Origin: an uncultured Candidatus Saccharibacteria bacterium
Lineage (GTDB): Bacteria > Patescibacteriota > Minisyncoccia > Phycocordibacterales > UBA9973
Length of the DNA stretch: 63,188 nucleotides
NCBI GenBank assembly: GCA_964496425.1
Contig: CAZBZO010000006.1
Location: 1,190 to 64,377 of the forward strand
Reading direction: 5' to 3'
Both the position numbers and the translations under genes were made by a program. Positions 28,445 through 37,343 of this stretch are shown here, piece after piece. The first letter of the stretch is position 1. Every line of letters starts with the position of its first letter. The notes under the pieces are model-generated. The model saw only the letters and a program-made list of their open reading frames with translations. It had not been told where the DNA came from and searched no databases.

Positions 28445-28481
28445 ATATTTAAGCAAAGCTAGTATAGCAGAAAATGAGATT

Positions 28482-28994
28482 TTAGGGTTTGAGGCTATTT
28501 AAAAAAGTTTTCTCTTCCCTTTCATTACGCAAAATAACAACTTTCTTATTATTGGAATACCCCAGCACTTTCTCTCTAATTTCTTTTGTTGGATACTTCC
28601 AAATAAATTTGATTAAATTCCAATGTAATTGTTCTTTGTGACTCTCTGGCATATCTGGTCGTCGTCGACGATGATATTTTATTCGTCTCCATAGCAGTCT
28701 CCAGTAAATAACTAATTTAGAAAATTCAAAATAGATTATCATGTCAGCCGCAGAAAGTCGCATATCAAAGGACTTTGATTTCATATAATTACCATCAATA
28801 ATCCATTGAGCCCCTTTCATCATTTCTTCTTGTTGTGCAATAAAATTATCTTGCGTAATACCACCTTTTTCAACCCAAAAAATCTTATCCAAATGATAGA
28901 CCGGGATATTTAAGATACTCCCTATTTTATTAGCAAGTGTAGTTTTGCCCGAACCAGGGCAGCCGACAATTGCGATTTTGCGTGGCGTAAACAT
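28482..28994 (-). CDS. P-loop kinase-like protein (DNA topology modulation/FlaR family)
   Basis: IVGCPGSGKTTLA, VYHLDKIFW, WIIDGNY; ATG 28994. Confidence 0.8.
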   Translation of the reverse strand: MFTPRKIAIVGCPGSGKTTLANKIGSILNIPVYHLDKIFWVEKGGITQDNFIAQQEEMMKGAQWIIDGNYMKSKSFDMRLSAADMIIYFEFSKLVIYWRLLWRRIKYHRRRRPDMPESHKEQLHWNLIKFIWKYPTKEIREKVLGYSNNKKVVILRNEREEKTFLNSLKP

Positions 28995-28995
28995 G

Positions 28996-29772
28996 TTAAA
29001 TAGTGGTTGGAATATAAGCGAGGTCTTGTTGATCGATCGCATCTCGCTCAACAAATGTGACGTCTGGAAACTCATCTTTTTTCAAATACCCACCTTCGCC
29101 GACACCAGATACATAATGCGTCGCATGAAGGACCGACTGCATCCAAGCAAAGCGCTCTTCACGACCGGGATTTTTTTGCCATTTTTCGATAGTCTGGGGC
29201 ATAGGAATCGTAAAATAGTTACCACCGCCTTCATGGAGTCGCAGTGCGCCTTCGTGGAGCTCCGCTCGCACGATTTCGCCTTCATAGGACACATCCGCGT
29301 AGTATTCTGTCTGCACAATGGCATTCATGCGAATATCTCTGTCGCTCGAACGTACCACTTCAATACCGTCGAGTAACCCCATTTTTTCATAGAGCGAGAG
29401 ACAAAAGTCAGCAACCGTCGTCGCTTTGACGCTTGCGAACATTTCAACTAATCTTTTATCGACATAGCGCGGGAGCTTGCGTATCATATCTTCCTGCCAG
29501 CCCGCAGCGATTTTTTTTATATACAACGGTGAATATTTTTTCTCAATTTTATTGTCTACTAGGAAATTGAGTCGGACTTCTTTTTTAGTTTCCGGATCGA
29601 TGAATGTTGTAATCGTTTCTTTGTAGTCTGCATCAGAGTCATGGTAGAAGAAAACAATTCTCCCACCGATCTCTTTTTGCAATCTTCGCGCCGTCTCTAT
29701 CTTGGCATACAAATACCGCTTCGGAAAAAATCCGTTGGGTTGTTGACCGAAAGCGATAATGGGGGAAGACAT
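28996..29772 (-). CDS. short BshC-like protein (258 aa)
   Basis: FGQQP...YAKIETARRL...IVFFYHDSDAD parallels the BshC N-terminal TGQQ...YK...FW..EDHD; C-terminal YVSGVGEGGY; located in the bsh cluster. Confidence 0.6.
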   Translation of the reverse strand: MSSPIIAFGQQPNGFFPKRYLYAKIETARRLQKEIGGRIVFFYHDSDADYKETITTFIDPETKKEVRLNFLVDNKIEKKYSPLYIKKIAAGWQEDMIRKLPRYVDKRLVEMFASVKATTVADFCLSLYEKMGLLDGIEVVRSSDRDIRMNAIVQTEYYADVSYEGEIVRAELHEGALRLHEGGGNYFTIPMPQTIEKWQKNPGREERFAWMQSVLHATHYVSGVGEGGYLKKDEFPDVTFVERDAIDQQDLAYIPTTI

Positions 29773-29826
29773 AGATTTAATAAAAATTATACACAAGATG
29801 CAATTAAACCAGAATCGTCGAGGCTG

Positions 29827-29908
29827 AGATTTTTGGGATGCTTGTGAGGCTGGCGAGCCGAGCACGAGGAATTTTTCACCAGAAAAATATCCGTCTTCCC
29901 AGAAATCT
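29827..29908. repeat. structured palindromic element, copy 3
   Basis: 12-bp terminal inverted repeat (11/12) enclosing GA-ggct-GGCG-agcc-GA and atttttc-ACCA-gaaaaat. Confidence 0.72.
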
Positions 29909-29923
29909 TTGCCGAGTAAGATC

Positions 29924-31666
29924 TTACACCCGCTCGCCGATCTGCTGACGCCACATAGCATAGTAGAGTCCTTTAGCTTCCAGAAGCTCGGCATGCGCGC
30001 CATGCTCAACAATTTTTCCTTTTTCCAGCACATAGATACGATCAGCGTGCATGATCGTCGATAGCCGGTGCGCGATCAAGACACTGACTCGAGTACTTCC
30101 CGCTGACACGTCACGGATAGTTTTGGTGATCTCTTCTTCGGTGATCGAGTCAAGTGAGCTTGTCGCTTCATCAAAAACCAAAATCGTCGGTTTGCGCAAA
30201 AGCGCCCGCGCGATCGAAAGACGTTGCTTTTCACCACCAGAAACTTTCACGCCACCTTCCCCGATCACCGTATCAAGACCTGACCCGCCGCGGGAAAGGA
30301 GATTTTGGCATTGAGCTTGTGTCAGTGCGAGCAGACATTCCTCGTCGGTTGCTTTTGGATTGACGAAAAGCAAGTTTTCACGAATGGTGCCAGCAAAGAG
30401 CTGAGTATCCTGAGTGACAAATCCAAACTGCGCACGCAGAGTATTGAGATCTAGATCTTTCATCGACACATCATTGAAAAATACTCCACCCGTAAGTGGC
30501 TCATAGAGCCCGACCAATAGCTTTACCAAGCTCGTCTTGCCCGAACCTGAGGGTCCCACAAAAGCGATCGTCTCGCCGCTTTTGGCCTCAAAACTAATAT
30601 GCTCAAGTGCATGAGTCTTTCCGCTTTTGTATCCAAAGGAGACATCGCGAAATTCAAGTTTTCCGATTTTATCCATAGGAGTAGCATTTTCCGGCGTAGG
30701 CTCGACGGGCATATGCATAATCTCTTCAAATTTTTTGAGCGCGACTTCGGCTTCGCGGTAGTTGTTGATGACGTTGCCGAGCTCTTGCAGTGGCCCAAAT
30801 ATAAAGAAGGAGTAAATATAGAGTGAGAAAAATTGTCCGAAGGTCACCGTGCGATTGAACACCAAATACAAAAGAAATGCCAAGACGAGTGTGCGCATGA
30901 GATTGATCATGGTGCCTTGTACAAAACTAATACTCCGGATATAACGGAGCTTTTTGAGTTCAAGTTTGAGAATCTTCTCCGTGGTTGCGTTTAGCCGGCT
31001 GATCTCCTGCCCCACCAGTCCGAGACTTTTCACCAGCTCAATATTGCGCAGACTTTCAGTCGTAGCTCCGGCAAGCGCAGTCGTTTCCGCCAAAATGATG
31101 TTTTGAATCCGCTTTACTTTTGAAGTCAAAAAATATGAAAGCCCGCCGATGATCGGTATGGTAAGCGCATACACGAGAGCGACGCCCCAATAAATCGTAA
31201 ACGCATAAATCGAAACAAAAATAAATCCAATGATCGACACGAAAGCCACGTTGATAAAAGCGTTGACGAAGGTCTCGCTTGATGTGCGTACTTTCTGAAG
31301 CGTGCCCAAAGTCTCCCCGCTTCGCTGATCTTCAAAGACTTCGTACGGCAAGGCCAAAGAGTGCTCGATGCCGTCGTTGTATATTTTGGCACCTGTGCGC
31401 TGAGTGACCGTGTTTAGATAATAATCCTGAAAATTCTTGGCGACGCGGGATACAAAGGCGACGCCGACTGCCATCAAAAGTAAATACGACACTCCGCGAA
31501 TAAATTCACTTAAGGTATACGTATCAAACTTCGTGGCATAGTCGTCGATGATATGACGAAAAATCAAAGGATCCAGAAGCGAAAAGGTCTGATTGATAGC
31601 AGCCAGCAAAAGGACGAGTAGGCAGAGCTTCCAATGATGTTTGAGGTATTTGAGGAGGATTTTCAT
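29924..31666 (-). CDS. ABC exporter, fused permease/ATPase
   Basis: GPSGSGKT, VSGGEKQR, LVFDEATSSLD; ATG 31666 (alternative 31684). Confidence 0.92.
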   Translation of the reverse strand: MKILLKYLKHHWKLCLLVLLLAAINQTFSLLDPLIFRHIIDDYATKFDTYTLSEFIRGVSYLLLMAVGVAFVSRVAKNFQDYYLNTVTQRTGAKIYNDGIEHSLALPYEVFEDQRSGETLGTLQKVRTSSETFVNAFINVAFVSIIGFIFVSIYAFTIYWGVALVYALTIPIIGGLSYFLTSKVKRIQNIILAETTALAGATTESLRNIELVKSLGLVGQEISRLNATTEKILKLELKKLRYIRSISFVQGTMINLMRTLVLAFLLYLVFNRTVTFGQFFSLYIYSFFIFGPLQELGNVINNYREAEVALKKFEEIMHMPVEPTPENATPMDKIGKLEFRDVSFGYKSGKTHALEHISFEAKSGETIAFVGPSGSGKTSLVKLLVGLYEPLTGGVFFNDVSMKDLDLNTLRAQFGFVTQDTQLFAGTIRENLLFVNPKATDEECLLALTQAQCQNLLSRGGSGLDTVIGEGGVKVSGGEKQRLSIARALLRKPTILVFDEATSSLDSITEEEITKTIRDVSAGSTRVSVLIAHRLSTIMHADRIYVLEKGKIVEHGAHAELLEAKGLYYAMWRQQIGERV

Positions 31667-31719
31667 AGGGTATTGAGGTGGCATTATAACACATTGCTAC
31701 CAGCTCGTTTAAATTTAAA

Positions 31720-31748
31720 TTGACAATAGGAAAAATATAAGGTATTAT
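31720..31748 (+). promoter_or_regulatory. sigma70-type promoter TTGACA-N17-TATTAT
   Basis: Near-consensus, 45 nt upstream of ATG 31794. Confidence 0.7.
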
Positions 31749-31793
31749 GAAAAAAACCTGCGCTATTGCATTCACATCTAAATAATTTCGGAA

Positions 31794-32123
31794 ATGGAAC
31801 ATACTAAGAATAATTCACATAACCAGAAAGAAAATTTTGGAACATGGGAAGATGTCCCCGACGCTCGTCTTGGTAAAATGAAACTTTCCCCTGGCGTAAT
31901 AATTAAGCGGCATGCACATAAGGGAAGAGAATATGAGATCATGAGAATGAAATATAATCATGAGCGCAAAAACTGGAAAATTTATACTATGAACCCGGAG
32001 GGAAAAGTTAAAGTATTTCTTACTTCGTGGCTTTTAAATGAAATACCAGTGGTAGAATTAATTTACCCTGACGCCGTGGAAGGTGGTGGAGAGGAATATG
32101 AAACATATGTACCTACTGAATAA
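31794..32123 (+). CDS. hypothetical protein (109 aa)
   Basis: Solo AT-rich ORF with its own promoter and terminator. Confidence 0.6.
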   Translation: MEHTKNNSHNQKENFGTWEDVPDARLGKMKLSPGVIIKRHAHKGREYEIMRMKYNHERKNWKIYTMNPEGKVKVFLTSWLLNEIPVVELIYPDAVEGGGEEYETYVPTE

Positions 32124-32151
32124 TCCAGAGTGAGAAATTTTTAAACAAACA

Positions 32152-32174
32152 GCCATTGCGATATTCGCAATGGC
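32152..32174. terminator. terminator between convergent genes
   Basis: gccattgcga-tat-tcgcaatggc. Confidence 0.65.
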
Positions 32175-32229
32175 CTTTATTTTTGAAAGTTGAAATAAAG
32201 TATTAAAGGTCTCTGTGAGATATCAACAC

Positions 32230-33900
32230 TCAGTCTAGATCAATGACCGTAATACTGTATGGCTTGAGTGTCATACCATTTTCCAAAAGCACGGTTCCTT
32301 TTTCGAGTTTGGCTGAAACTGGAGCGATAGCACCTTGCGTGGTCTTAAAATGAGAATATGCAGGAGAACTCCCGATCGATCCGTAAGGTTTTTCACTCCA
32401 TAGCGAAGTAGAATTCTTTGCTCCACTTTGAAGCTCGCCGTTCACACTTACACTTTTGATCGCCCGCTCTGGGCCATTATTGTAAATGTAGAGTCTCATC
32501 GTATCGCTTGTGACGGTGATCGCATCCAGTCCGTCAATCGTACTTCCGAGTTGGGTTTTTATAAAAAGCGGATTTGCGGAGGCAAACACTGGCTTTAGCA
32601 TTTCATACGCCACTCCTGGTACCCGTTTTACAAATGACCGCGAGCCATCAGTGCCAATAAAACTCGGATCGATCTCAAATAGTCCATCGGCTTGCTCGTA
32701 CGGGCTGACAGCGTTTTCATTGACGAGAAAAATCGCGGAATTAACGAAATTGTTGTGCGTGCTGTTGAATTTAAGAATTTCAAACAAGAAATTCCAAATC
32801 ATAACACCGTGAAGCATGGTATGGGCACCATAACCACCGCGCTGAAGACTGAGTCCATACTGGCCAAGATGCATTTTGATGCTCGGCATTTCTTTGGCAT
32901 AGGTGGAAAGTCTAGGCAACAAGGTGTCGCGAAGACTCGCCGAGAGCTGCGGACGAATTTCAGCAAAGTATTCATCTATCGAGGTCTTACTCGAGCGTCC
33001 GTCGAGCCAAGCGTACTGACTAAATTCTGCCACTCCATGATCGCGGGCCCAGGCATACACATCAGCATTGTTCCAACTCGGCGTCGAATGGTCCGCCATA
33101 TTCACCACCATAGGTGGGAGCGGTGAATAGTGGCTTTTTAAATACGCATAAAATTCATCGAGCTTGGCGATATATTGGTCTGATGTCAGGGCGCCACCGA
33201 TACCAGTCGATACTTCTTGACCAAAACGAAGCTTGTATGATCCGATGCCATGGGATTTGATCGAATCAATAAAGACTCCCATTTCTTCTGGTGTACCATG
33301 AATAATATTGGCAGTAAACACAAAGGTTTGATCGTGATTTTCTACATACTTGGCAGTTGCATCCCAAAAATCCACGCCGGTGTCATTAATCTTTTTTTGT
33401 AAATTGTATGCCCCTGAAGTGCTGTTGGTGTAATGAAAAATTTCATCGAGATTGGCACCCATGCCGACGACCGGTGCGCCAGTAGCTTTCGCCGGCCAAC
33501 CAGAAAGTGCGATCGGATGAATCCAGCGATCTTCGGCGCCTGCTGTGTAGGCCCCGCTAGTAAACCCAACCTCTTGGATCATCGTATTCCAAAGTGGATT
33601 GGCACTAAAATCATTAAAATCTTTTCCAATATTATTGAGCGCCACACCAAAGAGATCTTTGGCGATTGGTGTCTCTCCTGCAGTAATGATGTTGATGGTC
33701 ACGCCACCTGAAGTATCCATGCTCGGTGTAAGTATGGTATCGCTTCCGCCCGTGAGGTCAGTACGTGAATTGGTGTCTCCTGTACGGCTTGATCGTTCAC
33801 TTCCAGTACGAGTGGCAAATTGATACACAAAAAATCCTATTACAAGGACTGCGATGATAGCCAGAGCGAGGAGTATGTATTTTTTAGAAATAGGTGGCAT
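32230..33900 (-). CDS. membrane-anchored protein, possible glycoside-hydrolase (TIM barrel plus beta sandwich) fold
   Basis: N-terminal TM helix, S/T/G/D-rich linker, RFGQE and HLGQY at positions typical of clan GH-A catalytic motifs, C-terminal LKPYSITVI. Confidence 0.45.
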   Translation of the reverse strand: MPPISKKYILLALAIIAVLVIGFFVYQFATRTGSERSSRTGDTNSRTDLTGGSDTILTPSMDTSGGVTINIITAGETPIAKDLFGVALNNIGKDFNDFSANPLWNTMIQEVGFTSGAYTAGAEDRWIHPIALSGWPAKATGAPVVGMGANLDEIFHYTNSTSGAYNLQKKINDTGVDFWDATAKYVENHDQTFVFTANIIHGTPEEMGVFIDSIKSHGIGSYKLRFGQEVSTGIGGALTSDQYIAKLDEFYAYLKSHYSPLPPMVVNMADHSTPSWNNADVYAWARDHGVAEFSQYAWLDGRSSKTSIDEYFAEIRPQLSASLRDTLLPRLSTYAKEMPSIKMHLGQYGLSLQRGGYGAHTMLHGVMIWNFLFEILKFNSTHNNFVNSAIFLVNENAVSPYEQADGLFEIDPSFIGTDGSRSFVKRVPGVAYEMLKPVFASANPLFIKTQLGSTIDGLDAITVTSDTMRLYIYNNGPERAIKSVSVNGELQSGAKNSTSLWSEKPYGSIGSSPAYSHFKTTQGAIAPVSAKLEKGTVLLENGMTLKPYSITVIDLD

Positions 33901-34208
33901 GGAAGTACACTTCTAGTATACACCAAATTTATTATTTGAATTTCAAAACAAAAGACGCCATTTAGGCGTCGGAGTCCTATAAGGTGGACCAAATTTCTGC
34001 ACTTCCGAACTACTCCGAGATCATCATTTAATACAAGAAAGTATCTATGATTTAAAAACGTTCTTACCTCACTCTTCGGTAACAGCTATTGAGTCAAAGA
34101 CAAAGGAGAATGAACAGAAGAAAGCACTCACTGATCTTGGTGAGGATTTGCCATTTCTGGGTAGATTCCCGTCCTTATAACCACCACACCTTAACTATTT
34201 TGTTACAT

Positions 34209-34439
34209 ATGCCAATACCAAACAAATTACGAGAAGCACGGAAACTTAATAATCTTACCCAGGAAGCGGTTGCGAAAGAATTAGGGCTTACTGACACAGG
34301 TCAGATATCAAAGTGGGAGAAAGGACGAGGATATCCGCATGTGCTGACTCTTTTTAAGCTCTGTGTACTCTATGGCGTGTATCCGCATCAGGTGTATGGG
34401 GAGGTGTTAAAAAATATTAAAGAGAAAAGTAAAGAGTGA
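34209..34439 (+). CDS. Xre-family HTH protein (copy 1)
   Basis: LREARKLNNLTQEAVAKELG...ISKWEKGRGYP. Confidence 0.85.
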   Translation: MPIPNKLREARKLNNLTQEAVAKELGLTDTGQISKWEKGRGYPHVLTLFKLCVLYGVYPHQVYGEVLKNIKEKSKE

Positions 34440-34494
34440 TAGGAAAACTTAAAATCTCAATAATTCAAAAACTTTTACCTGTATATATCCACTC

Positions 34495-34523
34495 TTGCGC
34501 ATACCCCTCGGGGGGTATATACT
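34495..34523 (+). promoter_or_regulatory. csoR-copA promoter with CsoR operator
   Basis: TTGCGC-N17-TATACT; the spacer holds ATACCCC-TCGG-GGGGTAT, a CsoR-type C/G-tract inverted repeat. Confidence 0.8.
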
Positions 34524-34529
34524 CAGATT

Positions 34530-34793
34530 ATGCAAACAAATAAAGCAAAACTTACTCGGAGGTTAAAAATACTAGAGGGTCAAGTCCGAGGGATACAAAA
34601 TATGGTTGAAAAGAACGCCTATTGTATTGATATCATAACTCAAACGTCAGCTATTAAGCAAGGTCTGTCACGGGTCGAGGACGAATTGCTAGAAAGTCAT
34701 CTCGGCCACTGTCTTGTAAATCAAATTAAAAAAGGACAAACTGACAAAGCCACTAAAGAGATATTAAAAGTTTATCAGCTTAAACGAAAATAA
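34530..34793 (+). CDS. csoR: CsoR copper-sensing repressor
   Basis: RRLKILEGQVRGI, YCIDII, HLGHC ligand fingerprint. Confidence 0.9.
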   Translation: MQTNKAKLTRRLKILEGQVRGIQNMVEKNAYCIDIITQTSAIKQGLSRVEDELLESHLGHCLVNQIKKGQTDKATKEILKVYQLKRK

Positions 34794-34796
34794 TTT

Positions 34797-37091
34797 ATGC
34801 ATCACACCAAAACTTACAAAGTAAAAGGAATGCATTGTGCCTCCTGTGCAGGCATCATTGAGAAGACCTTCAAAAAGACAGAGGGGGTTCATTCTGTGGA
34901 AGTGAATTATGGAACTGAAACTGCCAAGATTGCTTTTGATGAAGCAAAAACAAATCCACATCATCTATCCGAAAAAATAGAAAAGCTCGGTTATTCTCTT
35001 GTCGTTCCTACCGCAGAAGAAATGGGGATGTCCGCTAGTGAACACGCAGGACACCTCGGGTTGAACCAATCAAAAAAAGAAAAGTTGGCAGAGATTTCTG
35101 ATATGAAGAAAAAAGTTATGTCTGTGATACCTTTAGCTGTTTTCAGTATATTTTTAATGAGCTGGGATATTTTAGCTCAATTTAATTTCGTTACTGAAGC
35201 TCCCTATGTTTGGAAGGAGTTTTTTCATCATTTGCTGCCCGTATTTGCTACTTATACTCTGTTTGTAGTAGGTAAACCTTATCTTCTTGGTATGTATCGT
35301 TTCTTCCGATATGGCAAAGCTAATATGGACACCTTGATTGGTATTGGTACTTCTGTTGCCTTTCTATATAGCTTTATTGTAACTGCTTTTGAAGAAAACC
35401 TCAGACCTTTTATTAATGTAGAGCATTCTTATTACGATGTAGCAATTGTTGTGATTGCTTTCATAACTCTAGGAAAATATCTTGAAGCTCGTTCAAAAGT
35501 AAAGACAGGAGATGCAATAGAAAAACTTCTTAACCTTCAAGCCAAGACGGCACTTGTTATTCGTGATGGAAAAGAAATTGAAGTTCCTATAACCCAAGTA
35601 GTTCACGGAGATTTAATTGTGGTAAAGCCAGCTGGTAAAATCCCTGTTGATGGAGTTATCACGGAGGGCAGTTCCTACATTGATGAAGCTATGGTTACAG
35701 GAGAGCCAATGCCTATTGAAAAGAATGTTGGAGATGCAGTAGTCGCAGGAACTATTAATACCACTGGCTCATTTACTTTCAAGGCAACAAAAGTTGGTTC
35801 TGAAACCTTTCTAGCAAATATCATTAAAATGGTTCAAGAAGCTCAAGGTAGTCGTGCTCCGATACAAGCTCTTGCCGACAAAATATCAAGCGTATTTGTC
35901 CCTATTGTTTTAGTTCTAGCAGTTCTTTCTCTTGCTATATGGCTTCTCGTTGGAACATACTATCTCGGTTTCTCACAGGCACTTTCCAATGGACTGGTCT
36001 CTTTTGTGGGTATTCTTGTTATCGCTTGCCCTTGTGCTCTAGGGCTTGCTACGCCGACCGCAATCATAGTAGGTGTTGGCAAAGGTGCTAAGGAAGGTAT
36101 TCTTATCAAAGATGCAGGAACATTGGAGAAACTTCATAAAGTAAATACTGTTGTAGTCGATAAAACAGGCACACTTACAAAAGGAAAACCAGAGTTAGTA
36201 TATATTAAAAATATTTCTGATAAAAAAGATGAGGACCTAATTGCAATCTTGGCAACATTAGAAAAGAAATCTGAACATCCTATTGCACACGCTATCGTTT
36301 CTTATGCCAATGAACATAAAATAAATCTTTTCTCCGTAGATAACTTTGAAGCAATTAAGGGTAAAGGATTAAAAGGTGTTATTTCTAATACAGAATACTA
36401 TGCTGGGAATGCGAAACTGATAACAGACCTAAAGCTATCATTAGACATTAAATCTATTGAGAAAGAAACCACTGAAGGTAATACTCCTATCATTCTAGCC
36501 ACGAAAGAAAAGATACTAGGAATAATACTTGTTGCTGATGCAATAAAGCCCGAAGCAAAAGAAGCTGTTACTAACTTACACAAGCTAGGTATTAAAGTTG
36601 TGATGCTCACTGGAGATAATAAAAATACTGCAAAGTATATCGGGGAACAGGTTGGTATTGATGAAGTGTTTGCCGAAGTTATGCCAGAAGATAAGCTAAA
36701 GAAAATTAAAGAGCTACAAGCACAAGGGAGGATAGTAGCTATGGCAGGAGATGGTGTAAATGATGCACCAGCCCTTGCTCAAGCGGATGTAGGCATAGCT
36801 ATGGCAACAGGGACAGATGTAGCTATTGAAAGTGCGGGTATCACACTACTTCACGGAGATATAAGTAAACTTGTAAAAGCGGTCCACTTATCAAAATTAA
36901 CAATGCGAGGCATTAAGCAAAACCTATTCTGGGCGTTCTTCTATAACATTGTCGGTATACCGCTTGCAGGAGGGCTCTTCTATCCGATATTCGGTTGGCT
37001 TCTCAATCCCATCTTCGCAGGTTTTGCAATGGCCCTTTCCAGCGTGTCCGTTGTCGGGAACTCGCTTCGCTTAAAAGCGAAAAAATTATAA
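34797..37091 (+). CDS. copA: Cu(I)-exporting P1B-type ATPase
   Basis: HMA GMHCASC, TGE, CPC, DKTGT, GDGVNDAP, YN and MALSS motifs. Confidence 0.95.
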   Translation: MHHTKTYKVKGMHCASCAGIIEKTFKKTEGVHSVEVNYGTETAKIAFDEAKTNPHHLSEKIEKLGYSLVVPTAEEMGMSASEHAGHLGLNQSKKEKLAEISDMKKKVMSVIPLAVFSIFLMSWDILAQFNFVTEAPYVWKEFFHHLLPVFATYTLFVVGKPYLLGMYRFFRYGKANMDTLIGIGTSVAFLYSFIVTAFEENLRPFINVEHSYYDVAIVVIAFITLGKYLEARSKVKTGDAIEKLLNLQAKTALVIRDGKEIEVPITQVVHGDLIVVKPAGKIPVDGVITEGSSYIDEAMVTGEPMPIEKNVGDAVVAGTINTTGSFTFKATKVGSETFLANIIKMVQEAQGSRAPIQALADKISSVFVPIVLVLAVLSLAIWLLVGTYYLGFSQALSNGLVSFVGILVIACPCALGLATPTAIIVGVGKGAKEGILIKDAGTLEKLHKVNTVVVDKTGTLTKGKPELVYIKNISDKKDEDLIAILATLEKKSEHPIAHAIVSYANEHKINLFSVDNFEAIKGKGLKGVISNTEYYAGNAKLITDLKLSLDIKSIEKETTEGNTPIILATKEKILGIILVADAIKPEAKEAVTNLHKLGIKVVMLTGDNKNTAKYIGEQVGIDEVFAEVMPEDKLKKIKELQAQGRIVAMAGDGVNDAPALAQADVGIAMATGTDVAIESAGITLLHGDISKLVKAVHLSKLTMRGIKQNLFWAFFYNIVGIPLAGGLFYPIFGWLLNPIFAGFAMALSSVSVVGNSLRLKAKKL

Positions 37092-37109
37092 ACAATAATA
37101 AAATAATTT

Positions 37110-37331
37110 ATGAAAATATCAAAAGTATTACATATCGTTAGTGTCGCAGTTGGTTTTATTGGGGTCATCTCATTTCTAGCATCAGTGCTGGGCGGGGCTG
37201 ATAACAGCGTGTTTGGGGTTACAAAAGTAGATGCATTGCTTTGTAGCGGTATTCTAATTCTTATAGCAACTTGGACACAAATCGGAGCCATCCATCACAT
37301 AATGCTTGAGAAAACAGGAGAAATCGTATAA
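37110..37331 (+). CDS. small two-TM membrane protein in copper operon
   Basis: Two hydrophobic helices, operonic spacing. Confidence 0.7.
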   Translation: MKISKVLHIVSVAVGFIGVISFLASVLGGADNSVFGVTKVDALLCSGILILIATWTQIGAIHHIMLEKTGEIV

Positions 37332-37343
37332 GCATTCATAACT

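Noticed and set aside
28996-30033. 345-aa version of the BshC-like ORF
   Set aside because: The extension overlaps the ABC gene and a structured repeat; homology-like sequence begins at ATG 29772
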